A stretch of 64,000 bases of DNA from Nitrospirota bacterium. GTDB taxonomy: Bacteria; Nitrospirota; UBA9217. The translations under genes and the position numbers were made by a program. Shown one piece after another: positions 58,718 through 64,000 of the stretch. Location: contig JBARBN010000106.1 in the NCBI GenBank assembly GCA_049793155.1, forward strand, positions 16,390-80,389, in the 5' to 3' direction. The first letter of the stretch is position 1. Each line of letters opens with the position of its first letter. A model generated the notes under the pieces. The model saw only the letters and a program-made list of their open reading frames with translations. It did no database searches and was not told the DNA's origin.

Positions 58718-60541
58718 TTAGCCGCTCTCCTTGATGACGCGGTAGACGGTCTCGCTGAAGTCTTTAATGCTGTAGGGCTTGGTCAAGACGCCTTTGAAGC
58801 CGAACTTCCTGAATTGCTCCATGACCGTATCATTGGAATAACCGCTCGACACGATCGCCCGGACATTAGGGTCTAATTCGAGCAGTTTCGCAACCGCTTC
58901 CTTTCCTCCCATGCCTCCCGGTATGGTCAAATCCATGATGACCGCGTGAAAGGGCTTCCCCGACGCCATTGCCTCTTGGTAAGCCTCTATCGCACTCTTC
59001 CCCTCTTGAGCAAGCACGACATCATAGCCCAGGGCTATAAGGATTTTTTTCGACGCGTCCCGGACTGCCTCGTCATCGTCCATGACCAGTATCCGTCCGT
59101 CTCCCTTCTGAAGTTCCTGTTTCTTGACCTCTTGTTTCACGACCTTGCCTTCCGACGCGGGAAGGTAGATGATGAAGGTCGTACCCTTGCCCAATACGGA
59201 GGACGCGGTGATCTGGCCCTTATGTTTTTTTATAATGGAATAGGACGTCGCAAGACCGAGGCCGTTTCCATTCTTTTTCGTCGTAAAATACGGATCAAAT
59301 ATTTTTGACAGATGTTCTTTCGCTATGCCTGCTCCGCAGTCTTCAATCGATATTTTCACATACTTTCCTTTATCCAGGGAAGGGATATTCGACGCGCCGA
59401 GCTCGACATTCTCGCCGATGACCGTGATCGAACCGCCGGCCTGCATGGCCTGGTCCGCGTTGATGACCATATTATTGATAACCTGTCTCAACTGTCCCCC
59501 ATCGGCGTCGACAAGCCAGAGGTCCTGCGGAATGGAAAATTCACACTTCACCTTGGTCCCCCGCAGGGAGAAATGCACTGAGTCCTTGATGAGCTCCCCG
59601 ATGGCCTGCGTGCTCTTGACCGGCCCCCCTCCTTTGGAGAAGGTCAGGAGCTGCTGGGTCAGATCCTTTGCCCTGAGAGTCGCCTGCGCAGCCTCCTCCA
59701 GCCGTTCAAAGACCTTATTCTCCTGGACGGAATACATCTTCGCCAGTTCAACGTTGCTCAGGATCCCCGACAGGAGATTGTTAAAGTCATGGGCGATCCC
59801 GCCAGCAAGAAGGCCGACCGATTCAAGCTTCTGCGCGCTGAGAAGCTCTTCTTCCATTGCCTTGCGCTCGGTAATGTCTATGATCATTGCCTGTTTGGAA
59901 ATGGTGCCGTCCGTGTTGCGAATGGGCGTATTGGTCACATGGTACCACCGGTTGTCCTTGGGGCTCTGCACTTCCCATTCAACGGTTTCACCCCTCAGCA
60001 CCTTGTCATTCACACACCAGGTACAAACAGAATCCTTTTCGTGCAAAGCTTCATAACAGTTCCGCCCGGTGGCGTCGTAACCGGTGCGTTCTTTCAACCG
60101 GTCGTTCATGAACTCAATGCGATAGTCCGGAGAACAAATGTAGATGAATCCGTCAAAGGCCTCGATCATGGCGCGGTACCTCGCTTCGCTCCGCGCGAGC
60201 GCCTGCTCGGTCTGAATCCGTTCCGCGATCTCCTGCTGAAGCCGCAGGTTGATGCTTTTCAGCTGTGCCGTGTACCTCATAAAATATATAACGATCGGAG
60301 CGACGATCAAGGGCACGAACAGCGCGTCAATGGCGCCTATGATCAGCAGCTCTGTCGACAGCTTTCCGTACCAGATAAAGCTTTGTACGGAATTCAGCAG
60401 TGCCGTAAATAGTTCCGAAATTACGACGGCAATCCAGATGAAATGCCAGGGATTTATCGGCTTCTTGTTCTCATTCATGTTTGTGATCATACGTGGTGCG
60501 CTCCGCACTGCATCAGGAAACCTCCCCTTTCTGCCCGACAA
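58718..60541 (-). CDS. Hybrid sensor histidine kinase (TM, PAS, HisKA, HATPase_c, C-terminal REC)
   Basis: HisKA is AHDFNNLLSGI. HATPase is GNGLGLATSY. The REC is ILVMDDDEAV...VIMDLTIPGGMGG. A TTG start follows a 'gaagga' RBS-like sequence. An ATG alternative lies at 60490. Confidence 0.8.
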   Translation of the reverse strand: MSGRKGRFPDAVRSAPRMITNMNENKKPINPWHFIWIAVVISELFTALLNSVQSFIWYGKLSTELLIIGAIDALFVPLIVAPIVIYFMRYTAQLKSINLRLQQEIAERIQTEQALARSEARYRAMIEAFDGFIYICSPDYRIEFMNDRLKERTGYDATGRNCYEALHEKDSVCTWCVNDKVLRGETVEWEVQSPKDNRWYHVTNTPIRNTDGTISKQAMIIDITERKAMEEELLSAQKLESVGLLAGGIAHDFNNLLSGILSNVELAKMYSVQENKVFERLEEAAQATLRAKDLTQQLLTFSKGGGPVKSTQAIGELIKDSVHFSLRGTKVKCEFSIPQDLWLVDADGGQLRQVINNMVINADQAMQAGGSITVIGENVELGASNIPSLDKGKYVKISIEDCGAGIAKEHLSKIFDPYFTTKKNGNGLGLATSYSIIKKHKGQITASSVLGKGTTFIIYLPASEGKVVKQEVKKQELQKGDGRILVMDDDEAVRDASKKILIALGYDVVLAQEGKSAIEAYQEAMASGKPFHAVIMDLTIPGGMGGKEAVAKLLELDPNVRAIVSSGYSNDTVMEQFRKFGFKGVLTKPYSIKDFSETVYRVIKESG

Positions 60542-61034
60542 AATGGTCCTTCTTGTCCTTGAACAGGATGTTGAACGTGGTCAGGGAACCATATATGCGG
60601 GTAATGTACTGCTGCAGCTCTACCTTCTCGGTGTCGGTCAACTTCTTATGGCCGTTGATCTGCGCCTCCATGACCCGCAGGCGGTCGCGGACCATCACGA
60701 TCTTGTGGAAGAAGGCCTCGATCGGAACGGACTTTGGCGTCTGGCCCGTGTCAGCCGGCTTCAGCACCAGCTCCCCGCCCTGCCACCGCGCGCCGAGCTC
60801 GATCGCGGGCAAGTCCTCCTCGTTCAACTCGCGGGCGGCGAGCATCACCATCTCGTACGCCGCCGCCTCGGCATCGGACAGCGGCTGCAGATCATCAACA
60901 TCGACCAGGGTCTGCTTGTACAAACGCGGGAAATAGACCTCGCAATCAGGTCCGCCGCCCTTTGCCGTGCTTTCCACGCGGCCGATGCCGAAATGATCGT
61001 GCCGCACAAAGTCTCCCTTTAACAGGTCAGCCAT
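60513..61034 (-). CDS. Hypothetical protein (173 aa) whose 3' end overlaps the hybrid kinase start by about 29 nt
   Basis: The RBS 'ccgggagg' precedes the ATG at 61034 (MADLLKGDFVRHDHFGIGRV...). The longer track ORF (to 61469) overlaps the nitroreductase gene and was truncated. Confidence 0.55.
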   Translation of the reverse strand: MADLLKGDFVRHDHFGIGRVESTAKGGGPDCEVYFPRLYKQTLVDVDDLQPLSDAEAAAYEMVMLAARELNEEDLPAIELGARWQGGELVLKPADTGQTPKSVPIEAFFHKIVMVRDRLRVMEAQINGHKKLTDTEKVELQQYITRIYGSLTTFNILFKDKKDHFVGQKGEVS

Positions 61035-61052
61035 GATGGTCCTCCCGGTGTT

Positions 61053-61118
61053 TGTAAAGTCTAAAGAGGATATAGAGTCTATTGAGTAAATAGAGTTAAT
61101 GGAATTTGTAGAAATTAA
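61053..61118. repeat. Tandem 9-bp repeat array (aagtctaaa gaggatata gagtctatt gagtaaata gagttaatg gaatttgta gaaattaaa)
   Basis: 9-bp periodicity. It belongs to the GAGTYNATA family. It lies immediately upstream of the 60513-61034 gene. Confidence 0.5.
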
Positions 61119-61780
61119 AAACCTTTGAACCGGACAGCTTCTTCCACTCTTCTTCTTGTGCTCCGGAATTTGTTCTGCGCGTGATCGGGATCGGGATAGC
61201 CGAGTGCGATGCCTATGACGATCGCGAGGTGGTCGGGTATGCCGAGTTCCTCGCGGATCAGATCGGGATGGGCCGCAAGGGTGACGGCCACGGCCGAGCC
61301 GATCCCCTGCTCCTCCGCCGCGAGCATGATACCGTGGCTCATTGCGCCGAGATCGAACAAGGACCACGGGGTGAGGCAGCGGTCCATGCAGAGGTAGACG
61401 ACAACGGGCGCGTTGAACAACCTGTAGTTCATCTGCATCAGATCGGGGATGGAGGCAGGGTCCTTGCACACCTGCTCAAGTGCTTCGGCGCGCCCGGACT
61501 TGAGCGCTTCCATGCGCATGCGGCACTCCTCGGACCATGCCCCGGGTATCGCGATGTCCGGGTTCCGGGGCACACAGTTCTTGAGGTTCACGGCATATGC
61601 CGTGCGCAGCCGCTCGAGCGGCTCCCCCGCGGCAACGACGATCTCCCACGGCTGGGTATTGGCCCAGGAAGGCGCGTGAAGCGCGGGCTCGAGGACCTTT
61701 ATGAGCAGAGCCCGGTCGATGCGGTCCGGTTTGAAGGCGCGAATGGTGCGGCGGGTGGTTAAAGCATCAGTGACGTTCAT
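61115..61780 (-). CDS. Nitroreductase-family protein (FMN-dependent)
   Basis: RRTIRAF ... PSWANTQPW, which is the nitroreductase fold. The start is at the ATG (MNVTDALTT). Confidence 0.75.
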   Translation of the reverse strand: MNVTDALTTRRTIRAFKPDRIDRALLIKVLEPALHAPSWANTQPWEIVVAAGEPLERLRTAYAVNLKNCVPRNPDIAIPGAWSEECRMRMEALKSGRAEALEQVCKDPASIPDLMQMNYRLFNAPVVVYLCMDRCLTPWSLFDLGAMSHGIMLAAEEQGIGSAVAVTLAAHPDLIREELGIPDHLAIVIGIALGYPDPDHAQNKFRSTRRRVEEAVRFKGF

Positions 61781-61871
61781 AGGGTTCAGTGACCCCCTTT
61801 TTTTGTTCAAAGCGTACTCCAAATGAACGAATTTGGCAAGAGGTATCAGTTCGGGTCAGGATGCGGTATGG

Positions 61872-61930
61872 AAAGTCTATTGAGTTCATAGAGTCTATTG
61901 TGTTCATAAAGTCTAAAGAGTGTATAGAGG
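61872..61930. repeat. Tandem 9-bp repeat array (aagtctatt gagttcata gagtctatt gtgttcata aagtctaaa gagtgtata)
   Basis: An 18-bp super-unit 'gagtctattgagttcata' repeats twice. The array is upstream of the nitroreductase gene. Confidence 0.55.
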
Positions 61931-61951
61931 TGAGGAGATGTCTGCTCAAGA

Positions 61952-63181
61952 TCAGCTTATTTTATTTACAAACCTGTTCACTGCCGACATTACCTGAAGC
62001 GGGGCTGCCTGAGCATTTTTCAGAAGATAGAGATTCCCCCTGGAACCCCGCGAAAGAAGTGATATCCCCTCTTTTGATCGAAGCGGTTTAAAAGCAACGC
62101 CTTCAGGCAGAACGATCCCTTCAACGCCGGTTCTCTGCTCGTCGCTGAAGACGAGATGATCGTTTAAAAAAGGGATGAGCCTGTTCAGGCGATCGATGAG
62201 GTCCTGCTTATCGTGAGCGCTGCCCTGCTCCGATCTGAACGTCATGCTCAGCGCGCTCATGCCTTTGGGAGCGCTTGCAACGTCATCTTTGGCCCCGAGT
62301 GAGAGCGTATAAAATTGCCGGGGAGAATGATAGTCCGGGAGATAAAGCACCTCCGGGCACATACCAACCGGGATGACCGTGTCCCGCAATCCCATGAAGA
62401 TCGTCGACGGATGAGGGCTCGGCGACAGGTTCAGGAGGATCGCGTCAGCCTCTATGACCCCCTGTTTTGTTTTAATAGTGTTGCCTCTCGACAGGATTTC
62501 GATATCGGCCTGGTTATACAGAATTTCACCGCCCTGCTGAAGGATCGTGCCCTGCAGCTGGTCAACGAGTCCTTTGAAGCCGCCTTCGGGGTAGCGTGGA
62601 GGAGTATCGCATAATGCGATAAGGTCCACCAGGGATATTTCCGCAACTGGTCTCTGAAAGAAATAAAGCGACTGCACATCAAAGAATGCCGTCAATCCTG
62701 CACTGAAACGGTATTGCCGCATGAACCCGGCAGCCGAACGCTGCCTTGTCACGTATGCCCAGAACCGGTTTTTTAAGACCTTCTCAGCCAAGCCATGCAG
62801 ATCCCGGTAGAACGTGATCAGCGCATTTATTTCCCGGGGAAATTCTCTTCCGAGCTCCTCGAGCGTTTCGGCCTTATCAGCAAAAATGGTTATCCGGTGG
62901 TCGGGAAGCGCGACTTGATAACAGGGTGATCGCACGGCTGCGGCTTGAACGATCCCGATCTGCGCACTGAGCACATGAAACGCCCCTCCCGGGTCGAACC
63001 CGTAGGAAAGCGCCGGTGAGGCATGGAAGCTGTATCCATCCCTTGTATATGCCCCCACCGCTCCGTCCAATGATCCTCCGTGCTCAAGGACGATGACTCT
63101 TTTCTTCTTACCGGACAACAGTGCCGCAACGGCAAGTCCGCCGAGCCCTGCACCGACCACGGCTGCATCGTATTTCGGCAT
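61952..63181 (-). CDS. FAD/NAD(P)-binding oxidoreductase (phytoene desaturase/amine oxidase-like)
   Basis: The dinucleotide-binding N-terminus is YDAAVVGAGLGGLAVAALL. The start is at MPKYDAAV with a 'ggag' RBS. Confidence 0.7.
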   Translation of the reverse strand: MPKYDAAVVGAGLGGLAVAALLSGKKKRVIVLEHGGSLDGAVGAYTRDGYSFHASPALSYGFDPGGAFHVLSAQIGIVQAAAVRSPCYQVALPDHRITIFADKAETLEELGREFPREINALITFYRDLHGLAEKVLKNRFWAYVTRQRSAAGFMRQYRFSAGLTAFFDVQSLYFFQRPVAEISLVDLIALCDTPPRYPEGGFKGLVDQLQGTILQQGGEILYNQADIEILSRGNTIKTKQGVIEADAILLNLSPSPHPSTIFMGLRDTVIPVGMCPEVLYLPDYHSPRQFYTLSLGAKDDVASAPKGMSALSMTFRSEQGSAHDKQDLIDRLNRLIPFLNDHLVFSDEQRTGVEGIVLPEGVAFKPLRSKEGISLLSRGSRGNLYLLKNAQAAPLQVMSAVNRFVNKIS

Positions 63182-63496
63182 GAGCACTCCAATTCGACTG
63201 AAACAAAGATACTTCTGCAAGTTATTTGAACAAACTTTGCTCACGGCGGAGGCGCTGAGACGCAGAGGAGTGACCAGTATCTTATCTCAGATCACCACCA
63301 AGAGCTTCTAATGTTATGTTCTGATCATTCCGGATAACGGTAAAGAGCTTCCCCGTGACTTTCTCCGCGTCTCCGCAGTCATGCCTTTGCCATCAATTGT
63401 ATTAAAAAGATCCAAACAAAAAAGGAAACAGGGAATCTCATCGAGTCTCCTATTTCCTCTCTTTTATTTATACCGTGTTCTGTTGATGATGTCAGG

Positions 63497-64000
63497 TTAT
63501 TTTGTTGTTCCTCTTTCACGCATGGCTTCCTTGCGGGAGAGGCGGATCTTCCCCTGCCGGTCGATCTCAAGCACTTTCACGAGGACCTCATCGCCTTCCT
63601 TGAGTGCGTCCGTGACCTTTTCGAGCCGCTGGTCCGAGATCTGCGATATGTGAAGCAATCCGTCGGTGCCGGGGAATATTTCCACAAAGGCGCCGAAATC
63701 CATAATCTTCCTGACCTTCCCCATATAGATCTTGCCGACCTCGGCGTCCTGGCAGATGCCCCGGATGATCTCCTTTGCCTTGAGGGCTGCTGCTTCGTCC
63801 GACGAAGCGATGTTGATCGTGCCGTTGTCCTCGATGTCGATCTTCGCCCCGGTCTGCTCCACGATGCTGCGGATGACCTTTCCTCCGCTGCCGATCACAT
63901 CCTTGATCTTGTCCGTGTTGATCTTCATGGTGATGATCCGCGGCGCGAAGGTGCTCAGGTTCTTCCTCGGCTCGGTTAGCGTCTCCAGCATCTTGCCGAG
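63497..64000 (-). CDS. pnp: Polynucleotide phosphorylase, C-terminal KH and S1 domains; partial, N-terminus beyond the window end
   Basis: The KH region is [29 protein letters not shown]. The S1 region is [33 protein letters not shown]. Confidence 0.8.
   Translation of the reverse strand, partial: LGKMLETLTEPRKNLSTFAPRIITMKINTDKIKDVIGSGGKVIRSIVEQTGAKIDIEDNGTINIASSDEAAALKAKEIIRGICQDAEVGKIYMGKVRKIMDFGAFVEIFPGTDGLLHISQISDQRLEKVTDALKEGDEVLVKVLEIDRQGKIRLSRKEAMRERGTTK

Noticed and set aside
60513-61469. 318-aa version of the hypothetical gene as listed in the ORF track
   Set aside because: Its 5' 145 codons overlap the nitroreductase gene, translate to an Arg/His/Pro-rich sequence and run through the 9-bp repeat array. 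The supported start is the internal ATG at 61034 with a strong SD.
1-64000. Scan for tRNA, rRNA and tmRNA
   Set aside because: No tRNA-like T-arm (GTTCRANYC) or acceptor context was found in the intergenic regions. There are no rRNA-like stretches and no tmRNA or RNase P signatures.

Overview
This is a 64-kb, high-GC (roughly 58-60%) bacterial chromosomal segment. Its gene content looks like an anaerobic or microaerophilic Gram-negative, Desulfobacterota- or Nitrospirota-like: BamA, ClpC, HemW, hybrid-cluster protein Hcp, HiPIP, bacteriohemerythrin, a ChaN heme-binding lipoprotein, many two-component and c-di-GMP proteins, a CheW-MCP pair, an AsmA-like giant protein and a PNPase C-terminus.

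I call about 59 CDS. I found no rRNA, tRNA, CRISPR array or obvious integrase or transposase. Most long ORFs on the strand opposite the annotated genes are GC-driven shadow ORFs and were rejected.

The region is dense in signalling genes:
- two histidine kinases with periplasmic CxxCH (c-type heme) sensor domains
- two REC-PilZ paralogs
- three HD-GYP proteins
- a PATAN/DUF4388-type regulator directly upstream of a PilT-like ATPase
- a sigma-54 NtrC-type regulator beside an MCP with repeated HAMP units

Observations that the gene calls do not explain:
1. A conserved Cys/Trp-rich module of about 55 aa (CWE[FY]KxC ... CPAY ... CW..AG..C ... CxxC[DYF]Y) occurs twice. It appears once as a standalone 83-aa protein and once fused to the C-terminus of a heme-sensor histidine kinase.
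2. A composite intergenic repeat family has three parts: a block of about 130 bp with 'cgctttttgtcgattctcgtc'/'gtaaagcga' motifs, a 40-bp 'aagaatatcc..ggaaaagtaaagNaggttttt' block, and arrays of 9-bp tandem repeats 'GAGTYNATA'. It recurs in at least six promoter-proximal intergenic regions (22.8k, 40.9k, 42.0k, 53.5-53.7k, 58.6k, 61.05k, 61.9k).
3. Two paralogous, unannotated small lysine-rich proteins begin MGDKGGKK.KDK and have strong ribosome-binding sites.
4. A Met-rich secreted repeat protein, (MMKDD)n, is encoded by tandem DNA repeats and followed by a clean terminator.
5. Direct 50-bp repeats flank a membrane-protein gene.
6. Several operator-like palindromes are present.

No single canonical defence or mobile system is evident. 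The most plausible novel functional units are the PATAN-PilT pair with its PilZ/HD-GYP context and the two-CW/heme-sensor kinases.
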